Positions 24,900 through 37,003 are shown, numbered from the stretch's first letter. The stretch is 64,000 nucleotides of DNA from Octopus vulgaris (GCA_951406725.2 OX597819.1:83886001-83950000), one strand, 5' to 3'. The notes: generated by a model not told the origin, from the sequence alone. A program made the numbers and translations.

Positions 24900-26290
24900 T
24901 TTTGATGGAATTCCATACTCTATAATATGGTGATCACTGAGGAAACTAGGGGTTGCTGAATGGCATGCATGCCATGTGTAGAAGCAGAGTTAGTAAGGTG
25001 ATATTGAGCAATGAGTACAGTAACGTAACATGCAGATAAGGGCCCAGCTCTCCTCCTCCTTCCATTTACCATAGTCCCCCAGGCCATAAAAGAAAAGTTT
25101 AAGACCAGCTGTCTATATACTGATTGTTATAGCTGAACCTGTTGTATAATTAAGAAAGAAATTCCAGAGAAAATGAAGAAACAAAATATAGAATCAAGAG
25201 GACTCAAAGAAAACTTAGCAAGAGCTAAAGTTTTTGTATAGTAACAAGGAATGAGGATCCTTGCTGCTGACAAAGAAGTGGCTGTGCTCACTATGCAGAA
25301 AAGGAATGCATAGAAATTTCATATGGTGTACCCAGTAAAAATTATACATACCTGACTGGCTCCCATGTTAGTGGCATGTAAAAAGCACCATATGAACGTG
25401 GCCGATGCCAGTGCCCTTGACTGGCTCCCATGCTAGTAGCACATAAAAAGCACTATCCGAACGTGATCAATGCCAGGGCTACCTAACTGGCTCCCGTGCT
25501 GGTAATACGTAAAAAGCACTATCCAAACATGATTGATGCCAGGCCCACCTGACTGGCTCCTGTGCTGGTGGCATGTAAAAAGCACCCACTACATTCTTGG
25601 AGTGGTTGGCATTACGAAGGGCATCCAGCTGTAGAAACATTGCTAGATCAGATTGCAGCCACTGGCTTTTCAGACCTCAGTCAAATCGTCCAACCCATAC
25701 CAGCATGGAAAATGGATGTTAAACGATGATGATGATGAGGAGGAGGAGGTGCAGTGGGATCAGAGGCAGGCAACAACTATCTAGGCAGACTAACAAGGAA
25801 AGTAAACTTATAGCTCAGAAGTTATAAGCATAAAAAGTACTAGAAGTACATTCTATTAAAAGTCCAACTATAGTTGATAGTTTTTGTTACCTTGTAGACC
25901 TAATTAGCAATAGAAGTGTCTGGAAAGCATAGCAGCAAAAGTACAAACAAGTTGGAAGAAGTTCAAGATGCTACTATCTGGTGACATAGGGTTTTTCTCG
26001 CTAAGTGAAAGGCAGGGTATAGATTGCTTACGTACAAATAGTGATGCTGCATGGAAGTGTGATGTGACCCTGAATGCAAAACATTTGTCAAGACTAGGAA
26101 GAAATGAAGCAAACATGTCTCACTTGATGTGTAATGTTGGTACATTAACAGTGAAATACAATTAAGTTAGAAGAGAAAGTGGATGTAGAAGGTATTGGAG
26201 TGCAAGAAGGAATGCTGATGTAGTATGGACATTTAATATGCATGGAGGATGACAATTGTATAAAGAAATATTCGGTACTCTAAGTACTAC
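24900..26290 (+). mobile_element. Old, decayed RTE LINE ORF2 fragment with a nested RTE-tail element (25351-25738)
   Basis: Collinear with the 59.6-61.1 kb RTE (AGTAAGGTGATATTGAGCAATGAGTACAG, AGACTAGGAAGAAATGAAGC). It has many stops and frameshifts. Confidence 0.65.
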
Positions 26291-27069
26291 AAGTCATCGT
26301 TACATTCTACCTTTTCTATGATACTAGTCATCCCTCTTTCTCCCCCAGATTACTGGTTATTAACATTCGTCATTATCTATTACCATTACTTATCTCTACA
26401 ACTATATATCTTTTCTCTTCTTACAAGACAAGACCCCTCAACTGAGTCGGATATAGTATTGAAGAAAGTAAAAGTATGGTGGAGAAACAAGTGTCTTGCT
26501 GAAGAGAATATACAGCTTCCCCAGCTGGAAAGGGAGAGAGAGAGAAAGAACTGGTGAAAGTATAATAAAACTATTTTACCCAGTTTAAGCTATGGACACA
26601 TAAAAGGTGCATTAATATTAAAAGAAGGTTAACTGGAAAATAGTTTGTGTGTATGGCAGATGCACAGGGGCAATAAACACCAAAGATGTTCAGAAAACAG
26701 ATTCCATCAAATGCCAGAAGGAAAAACTAGAAGTAGTTGAGAGCTTCCATTACCTAGGTGATCAAGTCAGTAGTTGGGGTGGCTGCTCTGAGAGTGAAGC
26801 TGCTAGAATAAGTATAGCCTGGGCAACGTTCAGAGAGCTCCTACCTCTACTGGTAACAAAGGGCCTCCTACTCAAAGTGAAAGGTAGACTGTATGATGCC
26901 TGTGTGCAAACAGCCATGCTACATGTTGGGCTTTACAGAGACAATGACAAGTGACCAAGACCTTTGGAGATATCCTGTGTTTGAGAAGACCTGGCAAGCC
27001 AAATGAGATCATAGCCATGGCCAATGCCAGTGTTACATAACCGGCCCATTTAAAAGTACCCTTCAATCA

Positions 27070-27345
27070 CTACACCATATGCCCACGAGCATATGACATT
27101 ATGGTTAAGAGTGTGGTTAAGATTCTGAGTTCGATTCCAGGCAGTGACCTGAATAATAATAATAATAATAATAATAACAACAATATCGAAAAATGAGAAC
27201 CCAGGTTCGAAATTTCCCCAAGACACCTGATGAAGGCTGGAGGGTGTATCAGCCGAAACATTGTGTTAACAACAAACAAGATGAGGACAAATATCCGTCG
27301 ATTGTAAATAATGTACATAATTCCTCATCTCTTAAATATAGAACT
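27070..27345 (+). mobile_element. tRNA-head SINE-like insertion with hammerhead-like motif and inverted 5' end
   Basis: 14-bp duplication GTACCCTTCAATCA (27056-27069, 27346-27359), B box GAGTTCGATTCC (27127-27138), (AAT)n, hammerhead core at 27227-27262. Confidence 0.8.
27222..27267 (+). ncRNA. Minimal type I hammerhead ribozyme-like motif
   Basis: Stem I GACAC/GTGTT, CTGATGA plus an extra A, stem II GGCTG/CAGCC with a 10-nt loop, then GAAAC-ATT. One G>A reversion gives the palindromic AACGTT stem III. Confidence 0.65.
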
Positions 27346-27891
27346 GTACCCTTCAATCATCGGGCAATATGCTATGCTTGAGAAGACTTGCTGAGTCAAG
27401 TGAAACCGTAGTCATGGCTGGTGGCACGTAAAAAGCACCATTCAAGCCGGTCAATGCCAGTGCTGCTTGACTGGCTCCAATGCCAGTGGCACATAAAAAG
27501 CACCATTTGAGCGTGATTGATGCTGGTGGCATGTAAAAAGTACCCACTACACTCTCAGAGTGGTTGGTGTTCGGAAGGGCATCCAGCTGTAGAAACCTTG
27601 CCAGATCAGATTGGAGCCTGGTGCAGCCTCCTGGCTTGCCAGTCTTCAGTCAAACTGTCAAACCCATACCAGCACAGAAAGCGGACGTTAAACACTGATG
27701 ATGATGTTGTTGTCTAAACCTAAATCAGCCTTTACTAAATAAACATAGAATCAATGGGTTCTAGTTATGACCATCCCATATTTTTCAGACACAAAATATC
27801 CACAGTGTATGTCTCATTTTCGTAAGATAGCAAAGATTAATTTGAATGAGATTTAGTTACTATTTCTAATGGGATAGTCAACTTTGTATAG

Positions 27892-28156
27892 TAGTGGCTC
27901 TTGATTGTTTTTTACTTAGGGACCCCTTTGATTCCTATTTTATTCTGATGTATTCGCAGGGCAATTTGATGTTTAAAAAATCCTATTATATTTTTACAAT
28001 TAGATACTGTTAGGAATTCTATAAAAGAAAAATTGCAAAAAATATTTTGTGCTTTGCAGAAGTATAACCAATTTAATGCACATAATTTTTAACAACAAAA
28101 TCTTATAAGCAGCCCCACCCACAAGGACCCACAAGGTCCCTGGTTGAGAACCACTG
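27892..28156. mobile_element. hAT/Charlie-like MITE
   Basis: Ends TAGTGGCTCTTGA ... GGTTGAGAACCACTG with internal GGACCC motifs. The TSD is not preserved. Confidence 0.6.
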
Positions 28157-28571
28157 CAGTAGAAACACCCTTATTGGCTAATTAAAACTATTTCATTTTC
28201 TAATGTGGTATGGAATATGATAACTAACAGAGTGAAAACATATATGCAGGAACAGTTTCTCTACAGATGGCATTGTCATCCAACTAGCTGAAAGGTCAAT
28301 AATCCATTTCCTTTTATTTAGTACTGAACTATGTCCATTTAACTCTCCTCTGTTCATTCCATCTCACTATATATATATATATAAATAAGGGCAAAAGAAA
28401 AAAATTTCTATGCCAATATGTTGAAAAAATAGACTTTATATCATCTAATCATATACAATATTTTTCACTATTTGCCCTTATTTATAATTATTTATAATTT
28501 TCACCTTAAAAGGTATTATAATAATGCTGGCCACTGATAAAATTTTTTTTTTTTAAATTTTATCCTTATAA

Positions 28572-28602
<31 letters not shown>

Positions 28603-28605
<3 letters not shown>

Positions 28606-28800
28606 TCATCATCGTTTAATGTCTACTTTCCATGCTGGCATGGGTTGGACAGTTTGACTGAGGACTGGCGAGCCAGATGGCTGCACTAGGCTCCAATCTG
28701 ATCAGGCAGAGTTTCTACAGCTGAATGCCCTTTCTAACACCAACCACTCCGAGAGTGTAGTGGGTGCTTTTACGTGCCACTGGTATGAGGGCCAGTCAGG
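28603..28800 (-). mobile_element. RTE 3' terminal fragment
   Basis: (CAT)n-CGTTTAATGTCTACTTTCCATGCTGGCATGGGTTGGAC..CAACCACTCCGAGAGTGTAGTGGGTGCTTTTACGTGCCAC. Confidence 0.75.
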
Positions 28801-29124
28801 CGATCAGAAAAGAAATGCCGGAGTGGAAATATATGAAAATATTCGTTATAGACAACAGATAAAGGTTTCGCAATTTCTTGTTGAACAACCTTGTAGAAAT
28901 GATTTGTTTATGGTGATCAAATACTTCTGTCAAATGTTTGTGCTGTACATTAATTCACTTCCTCCATCAGATCAATATTGCCTGTAGAGGTACGCAGTGT
29001 GCCACATGTAAGATGAAGTGTTCAAAAACACCCAGTCCACAAATCGAAACCACAATTATAATCTCATGAACAGGAGTGCAACACCCTAACCACTAGTCCA
29101 CTTGCCCTCAGAACCATTAATCCA

Positions 29125-29310
29125 GATACATTCTTTTTTCACTCTGTTTTTTTGTCTTTCTCTCCATTTTTTCCCTCATCACTTTCTGTTGAAGAGAGTA
29201 GGCGTGAAATGCCAAAGACTTTTCCATTTTTCCCAAGTACCAAACCAATACACCTTGCTTGTTATTCCCTCACCTGTCTCTGTCCTTTATTGTTTGTACA
29301 TCTGAACCAT
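29125..29310 (+). mobile_element. Decayed relative of the 5978-6171 hammerhead-like repeat
   Basis: CTTTCTGTTGAAGAGAGTAGGCGTGAAATGCCAAAGACTTTTCC..CACCTGTCT. Confidence 0.5.
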
Positions 29311-29315
29311 ATACT

Positions 29316-29347
<32 letters not shown>

Positions 29348-29484
29348 CATGAATATATACCAAGTCTGTTCACAAGGCTTTGGTCAGCCTGTGGCTATTC
29401 TAGAAGACACTTGCTCAAGGTGGCATACAGTGGAACTGAATCTGAAAGCAAACTTCTTACCACACAGCCATGCCCTGTACCTAC

Positions 29485-29590
29485 AAAATATGGAATGCTT
29501 CACTAATTTGCACATCATCATTGCACAGGGACCGTGCTAATCTTTTCTGTATCATCTGAATTTTAGCAGATGTATTGCCAAAGCAAGAAT
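29485..29590 (-). pseudogene. RNU6: Full-length diverged U6 snRNA copy (pseudogene)
   Basis: Reverse strand ATTCTTGCTTTGGCAATACATCTGCTAAAATTCAGATGATACAGAAAAGATTAGCACGGTCCCTGTGCAATGATGATGTGCAAATTAGTGAAGCATTCCATATTTT is collinear with U6. The ACAGAGA box is mutated to ACAGAAA and the U6 CpG sites are lost. Confidence 0.92.
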
Positions 29591-31425
29591 ATTTATTATT
29601 TTAATTCTTTGTTCATTAATGTGTAGGTCTTGATCATGTTCAGCATGCAGTTCTGATAATATGTACTAAAGCAAGGAAAAGTCTTTATACTGTTAATCTC
29701 AACAGGGTAAATGTATCATGGACCACTTTGGCATAATTTCCTATGGTTAGATGCCCTACCTCACACCAATCTCTTTGCAGTGTTAATTTTATTTCAAGAA
29801 CATTTACAGAAATTTGATCAATTTTTAAAATCTGTTCATAAGTCCATAGGCTTTATTTGAAATTTGTGGCATTTTATTGGAAATCAAACTTTTTATATGC
29901 TGTCTCTCTACCTCTAAGCTAATGTAAAACAACTTTCTTTTGCAATATTAGACACAGAAACATTTGCATTGCTGTTGCCGTTTATCCACTAACATTCCAG
30001 CTGTGACCATCCTGTCGCCCTTTCCCTTTTAGACAACATTAGAGTGATTTAAATGCAATTCAAACACTATTTTTTTTTTTTGCAGGTTGCATGACCATGC
30101 AAAGGCTTCCTCACAGGTTCAACCTTGGCCTCCCTGCTATTTTTCACTGTATTCTGCAACACTGGGACTTGGTCATCAGCACTGATGTCATTACACTCGT
30201 ATTTTTTAAACCACACCATTAGACTGCTATTTATCAGTTGATGACATCATCTTAACACAGTAAAAAGGTGGATTCAGAATTCAACAAAAGATATTCTAAT
30301 TGTTTGTTGTTATTTGCAATCAACATTTCTTTAATAAGATGCAAACGAAATTTACCCGAATTTCCTGTACTCTAAAGTCTCAGAGTGTTGTATGAATCAA
30401 TAAGAGACAAAACAAAATATTAAATAACTCTAGTCAGCCTACTCGGAGTATAAATATTCCAGTATAAGGTGCAAACTTAAACTTATATTCACAATTCAAT
30501 CACAACACATCGTTGATAATAAAATTATTAGTAATTATTAGAGGCTTTCAAATTTTGAAATATCTCTAAGAAATCTAATATGAATAAAATCTAATGGTTA
30601 TTGCCTATATTAAGATAGATGTATGTAGTCACCTTTAAAGATTAAGAAACTAAATTCTATTTTTTAGTTGTCTATTTTTACAGAAAATGCATTTATTGTT
30701 ATCACAAATATTTTAATAGAAAACTACAATTTATCGATTTCTCAATATAAATTCGTTAAATGGTTCGGTTATCCTTAGAGAAATGGTTATAAAATCCATG
30801 GAATCATTTAAACAGTCTTTTACTTTCTAAATGCCATTACAAAAGCTAATAAACATGGTCTAATTAAAGTAGAAGCCAACATAATTATGTATTTAAACTG
30901 AACGACGAAGAGTAACAAGTAGAAAACTCACTATCTTCCTTTTTGGTCACATTCGTTAATATAAATAAATACATTAGACATTTAATTTTGATATTCATAA
31001 ATATTTCTTATTTTTTCTTTGAAGATAGATATGGCTATGTGAGAATATTTGTTATATCATAATTTCATTATTTTTAATTTTAAAATTTTTTATGTAATCT
31101 GCGAAAGATAACTATATTTATATGTTTTCAATATATATATGTATGTGTGGACATATAAAAGACAATATCCAATAAAACTGTTATAAGAGAGATTTTTGCC
31201 TATTTTTCCTTTTCTCAGCATGTATTGCTTACTGAAGATTAATTATTGTAGCATTTAAAAATCTTCGTCTTAACCCATCTATTAGCATTTATAACTAAAT
31301 AGTCATGTAATATATGTGTGTGTGTAAATATACACACATATATATACATACACCTATAATATATATATACATACATCTACCTATTATATAGATAGATATA
31401 TATATATATACACACATACATCTAC

Positions 31426-31466
<41 letters not shown>

Positions 31467-31997
31467 CTACTTATAATATATATATATATATATACACACA
31501 CACACCTAGATGTATATTATATATATATAATTTGCGTTGACAGATAAAGCATAGTACAAATTAGAATGAGGACTTTCATAGCCACTGATATCAAATGAAA
31601 ATAAGAAGAAAGAGACAAAGTAAAAAAAACCATATTCACTAACACAGCAACAACCATAGATTTTATGAAATATCATACTTGCTACTACTGTCCATCTTCC
31701 ACACTATCAGGTAAACCACTCTGATATGAACTTCCTCTCTCCCTCCCTTTTCTAAGTCCTCTTACCAACGGCTGACTGCTGTTCGCTCTGCCAAACTACT
31801 AATTATTCCTTCTTTCTATCATGCAATGCATTCATATTCCACTAGAGATAGTGTGTAAATGTGAGGGGAAGTATAATAAACTCTTATTTTACTCCCTACC
31901 AAACCTAACCTAACCAAAAATAAAATAGTATTTACTAGACTGTGTGTAACACAGGCTATGACACAGGCCGAAAAATTCGGGAAAGCAACAGTGCCAA

Positions 31998-33120
31998 TAA
32001 TTTAGGCACAAGGTCAGCAATTTTTTTCAGGAGAGGGTGTTGTTAGTCAGTAAACATCGACCCTAATACTTGACTGGTACTTTCTTTTATCCACTCTACA
32101 GGGACGAAATGCAAACGTGACTTCGATGGAATTTGAACTCAGAATCTTGTAGGGTGGCGCAGCTAAATATCAATACCCTGCCAATTTTGCAAAATAACTG
32201 TTGCGAGCTCGCTGCCCTTTGTGCTAATAATAACAAATGATGAGGTAAGGTCGATTATTTCGACCCCAGTGCACAACCAGTACTTTATCGACTTCGAAAA
32301 GATGAACGGTAAAGTCGACGTCGACAGAATTTCAACACAGAGCATAAATAGCCAGGATAAATGCTGCGAAGCATTTTTGTGCGACGCGCAACCTTCATTA
32401 AAGGCACAAGGCCTGAAATTCGGGGAGGGGGGAACTAGTTGATTACATCAACCCCAGTGTTTCACTGGTACTTAATTTTTCGACCCCAAAAGGATGAAAT
32501 GCAAAATTGATCTCGGCGAAATTTGAACTCAGAACGTAAAGACGAACGAAATGCTGCTCATAATTCTTTCTACTAATTTGCCTGAAATTTGAGGAGAGAG
32601 GTCTAGCCGACTACATCGACCCAGTGCTTGACTGGTACTTATTTTATCGACCCCAAAACGATGAAAGACAAAGTCAACCTTAGCGGAATTTGAACTCTGA
32701 ACGTAGAGACGGACGAAATGTTGCTAAACGTTTTGTCTGGCGTGCTTAAAGATTTTGCCAGCTCGTCGCTTTGCTAATAATCATTTCTATTAAAGGCGCA
32801 AGGCCTGAAATTTGAGTGGAGGGGGACTAGACAATTACATCGACCCCTCTCCTCAACAGTGTTTCACAGGTACTTTAATTTATCGACCCCGAAAGGATGA
32901 AAGGCAAAGTTGACCTTAGTGGAATTTGAACTCAAATTGCTAAACGTTTTGTCCGGCGTGCTAACGATTTAAGCCAAGCTCGCCGCTTTGCTAATAATAA
33001 TTGCTTAATTTTCTCATATAGGCACAAGGCCTGAAATTTGTGGGAAGTAGCTTAGTCGATTACATCAACCTCAGTGCTCGACTGGTACTTTTTTAATCAA
33101 CCTCGAAATTATAAACGGCA
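31998..33120 (-). mobile_element. Tandem array of about six Meta-like SINE copies
   Basis: Repeated CATCGACCC..CTGGTACTT..TCGACCCC..GGATGAAA..AAAGT..AATTTGAACTC at roughly 180-240-bp spacing. Confidence 0.8.
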
Positions 33121-33625
33121 ACAATAACAATAAATAAATATAATACTTGTGTTGTTTAGCATGTGAAATGCTGGAATTGCTAGTGAAACATAAGTAACAA
33201 GTACGAGTCAACAAGAGCCTCCAAATACGAGTCAACGAGAATCTCTACGCGATCGTTCTCGTTGCTAGAAATAACAGCTGAATCTCACCTAAGTAAAATC
33301 TCGTCTTAAAAAAAATAGTAAGGACATGTTGATCAACTAAGTAAACAAAAAGACGAGATGGCCACGGCTGAAATGCTTAGGATCATAAGTCCATAGGTCT
33401 ATTTGAAGAGGGCTGACCTGAAGCTAGACAACAACAACAATGTAAAAGAAAATAACGATCTAGTATGGTTTGTAATATCGATAACGTAACAATAAAAATT
33501 ATTTTAATACACTAACCAGTTATAAAGACATTGTAGATATTCTCGTGCGTACATATATAATACATCGTGTATGTATGGGCATCTGCATCTATATATGAAT
33601 GTGTGTGTATATGTGTATATATATA

Positions 33626-33671
<46 letters not shown>

Positions 33672-34827
33672 GTGTGTGTGTATGCTTACATGTATGAATG
33701 TAATTATACATCGATTCCCGCTATTCGGATACATATATTTTTTAATTTCTTATATTCAAAATATTTTCTCTCTCTCTTTCTCTCGCTCTTTCTTTCTCTC
33801 TCTCTCTCTCACTCTCTTTCTCTTTCTCTCTCTCTCTCTCTCTGTTCTTCATCCAGCAGCGAACATCAAAGGCAGTATTCGCTACCATAGCTATAGCTAG
33901 TTCGAGATAAAAGGCTACCTAAATAGGATGTTGATGTTTAACCCTGATTCAGTGGCTGGCCCGATGATCAAAACCCATGACCATCTTTGTTTTTTATTCA
34001 GACATAGTTAGTGTGTCTTAAGACCGAATTTCTCCAAAGTATCCTTCCGTGTTCTTTCTCACGTTGGCTTTGCAAATAGGAAGTAAAAAAAAAAAAAAAA
34101 GGTGTGGTGTTTAATGTGACGCTTGCTTACGTAGGTTGACAGCATCTGAAAAGATAGGAAAATTGCGAGAGATAGATAAGAGAACCTTAAAGAGAGTGAA
34201 TAGGAGGGAAGCAGACATGAGAAATATTATTTGTAAGGTATGGTATTGTGGTGAGAGAAGAAGAAAAGAAAGAAAGAAAGAAAGAAATTGGACAAACGGC
34301 CCGTAAACAAAATATAATAGCTACAGAGAAGGAAGGAAAAAGTAATGGATAGAAGAAGAGAGAAGAGAGGCAAATAGACAAGAAAGGAAGACAGATAGAG
34401 AAATAGAAATAAGAGAGAAAGAGGGTGGTATAATATAAAGAGTGAGAATGTGGGGGGGAAACGACCAATATAGTAGCACATCGCTGATGTACAAAACAGA
34501 AACGTGTAATATGTGTGTGTGTAGGTACACGTATGCAGTTTTCGCTTATGGTACCCATACAAAATTGAAAAAAAAAAAACCAACTTTATATAGCAGAATT
34601 TAAGTAAACAGAATAAAGTAAATCATAAGAAATAAGAGACGGAATATAACCGAGAGGTAAAATAAAAATAAAGGTAAAAACGAAACACGAATGGTTTAAG
34701 ATACGATTATGAAAGAGAAACACAAGGAGGGAAGGAAAGAACGTATTAGAATTTGAAGGAGAAAGGCAATGATAAACTAATAGTCTGTGAGGAAGAAGAA
34801 AAATCAATGGTATATGTAAAGAAAAAT

Positions 34828-34841
34828 GTTGCCATGGTAAC
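34828..34841. promoter_or_regulatory. RFX-binding X-box
   Basis: GTTGCCATGGTAAC matches the X-box consensus GTHNYY-AT-RRNAAC and lies in unique, CpG-retaining sequence. Confidence 0.65.
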
Positions 34842-34897
34842 GATAGTGCAGCAGACAGGCATTTGAAAAAATATTGATTGAGGAGGGAGTGAAAATA

Positions 34898-34935
34898 ATG
34901 AGCTTACCAAGTATAGAGAGAGAAATTTCTAAGAG
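34898..34935 (+). CDS. Candidate first coding exon of an unidentified, possibly ciliary, gene (MSLPSIEREISK..)
   Basis: ATG 57 bp after the X-box, with A at -3, open to a possible donor AG|GTGTAT. I could not find a downstream exon. Confidence 0.3.
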
Positions 34936-34939
34936 GTGT

Positions 34940-35057
34940 ATATAATATATACATATGTGTATATAATTAATATATGTGTGTGCTATGTATGCATGTATAA
35001 TTGTGTACGTAAATATATCACTGAATACGTATACATGTAGTTATATATATAAATATG

Positions 35058-35106
<49 letters not shown>

Positions 35107-35207
35107 ATGTATATATATATGTATAAATATGTGTGTATATATTAATATATATGTATATATATCTTCATATATATATGTGTGTGTGTGTGTATATATTTAT
35201 ATATATA

Positions 35208-35242
<35 letters not shown>

Positions 35243-35288
35243 CACACATATATAATATATATATATGTATTATATTTATCTCTCCCTT

Positions 35289-35319
<31 letters not shown>

Positions 35320-35340
35320 GTATGTATATATATAGAGAGA
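34940..35340. repeat. (TA)n/(TG)n compound microsatellite
   Basis: Directly visible low-complexity tract. Confidence 0.9.
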
Positions 35341-36275
35341 GAGTGTTACCACTAGAATAAGAATAGCCTGGGTAAAGTTTAGAAAGCTTCTACCCCTACA
35401 TGTGACAAGGGGCGTCTCACTCAGAGTGAAAGGTAGATTGTACGATGCATGTGTGCGAACTGCCATGCTTCACAGCAGTGAAACATGGGCCGTGACTGCC
35501 GATGACATGCATAGGTTCGAAAGAAATGAAGTTAGCATGATCCGTTGGATGTGTAATGTCAGTGTGCACACATAACAGAGTGTAAGTGCCCTGAGAGAAA
35601 TGTTGGCCATAAGAAGCATCGGATGTGGCGTGCAAGAGAGACGTTTGCACTGGTATGGTCATGTGCTACGGATGGATGAGGAGAAATGTGTGAAGAAGTG
35701 CCATTCCCAAACAGTTGAAGGAATCCAGGGTAGAGGTAGACCAAGGAAGACATGGGATGAGGTAGTCAAGCATGACCTTCTATCGCAATGACGAAAGACC
35801 GAGATCTCTAGAGATATGCTGTGACTGCAAAGACTCAGCAAATAAAGTGGGTTCGCAACTGTATCCTACACCAGTTTCGCATAACCAGCCCCAGTCCATT
35901 CAAAAGTACCTTGGATCGTAGGGTGACCTGCTGTGCTTGAGGAGACCTATTTGAGTCAAGTACATCAACAGCAAAATGAAAATCAAATGGTAATTGTACT
36001 TGTGATAGCTGTGCCAGTGGCACGTAAAAAGCACCAACTGATCATGGCTGTTGCCAGCCTCCTCTGGCCCCTGCGCCGGTGGCACGTAAAAAGCACCCAC
36101 TACACTAACGGAGTGGTTGGTGTTAGGAAGGGCATCCAGCTGTAGAAACACTGCCAGATCAGACTGGAGCCTGGTGCAGCCTCCTGGCTTCTCAGAGAGC
36201 CCAGTCGAACCGTCCAACCCATGCTAGCATGGAAAACGGACGTTGAATGATGGTGGTGTTGATGAAGATGATGAT
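35340..36275 (+). mobile_element. 5'-truncated RTE LINE (ORF2 C-terminus, 3' UTR and tail)
   Basis: IRSIGCGVQERRLHWYGHVLRMDEEKCVKKC..VEGIQGRGRPRKTWDEVVKHDL; conserved 3' end and GAT-rich tail. Confidence 0.9.
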
Positions 36276-36884
36276 ATATGTATGTATATATATATATATA
36301 TACATCCATATATATATATAAATATGTTCTTCATCCTTTCTAGTTTTCTCTCCCACCCTTCCCTATTCTTCTCTCCTCTTCACTGTTCCCTCTCTCTCAC
36401 TCCTCCTTCTCGACTCTCTCATCGCTGACAAGTGACGAAAGAGAATCTATCTTTCTGCCCATTACTTTCCTAAAGACAACACGTGCTTATACTGTCTCCT
36501 CTCATAAGCTTGTCTTCCTAGCATTCATAATCATTTTTCTATCGTTCTTGACTTAACAGCCCTCACCGTTTGTTTTTACTGATTTGTTCTCACTGTCCTG
36601 TTCTTGATACCACTTTCACCCTCCACAAAAAAATCCCAAATTTTATTTAATTTGCTTTGCGGGAAGGATTGTTCCAACAAAGTCACATATTGTCTTTGCC
36701 TTCGAAAAGTGGAGTAGATGAAACAGGGACAACTGATGAAGGAGAATATTTTTTATGTTGCATGTCTCGTTTCTCTGTTTCTTTTTTTCATTGTTTGAAA
36801 AAAAGTTCCTTTCTAAGTTTTTGTTTTTATGTTTTCGTTTAGCATTGTGTTCAACATTTTTTGATGTCCTGTACCCATTTATGC

Positions 36885-36939
36885 ATGTATATATATACAT
36901 ATATATATAGGTATGTACATAAATGTATGTATGTATATA

Positions 36940-37003
<64 letters not shown>

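Larger units (their letters stand above)
26575..27705 (+). mobile_element. RTE LINE 3' fragment (ORF2 C-terminus plus 3' UTR)
   Basis: ORF 26649-26954: LEVVESFHYLGDQVSSWGGCSESEAARISIAWATFRELLPLL..KGRLYDACV. It ends in a GAT tail. Confidence 0.85.

Noticed and set aside
31895-31916. AACCTAACCTAACC as interstitial telomere
   Set aside because: There are only two to three units, which is expected by chance or as a transposon subterminal motif.
36720-36775. CTGATGAAGG inside a hairpin, as a hammerhead or SECIS
   Set aside because: No GAAA follows the stem, there is no SECIS GA quartet partner and no selenoprotein context. It is probably part of a dispersed repeat.
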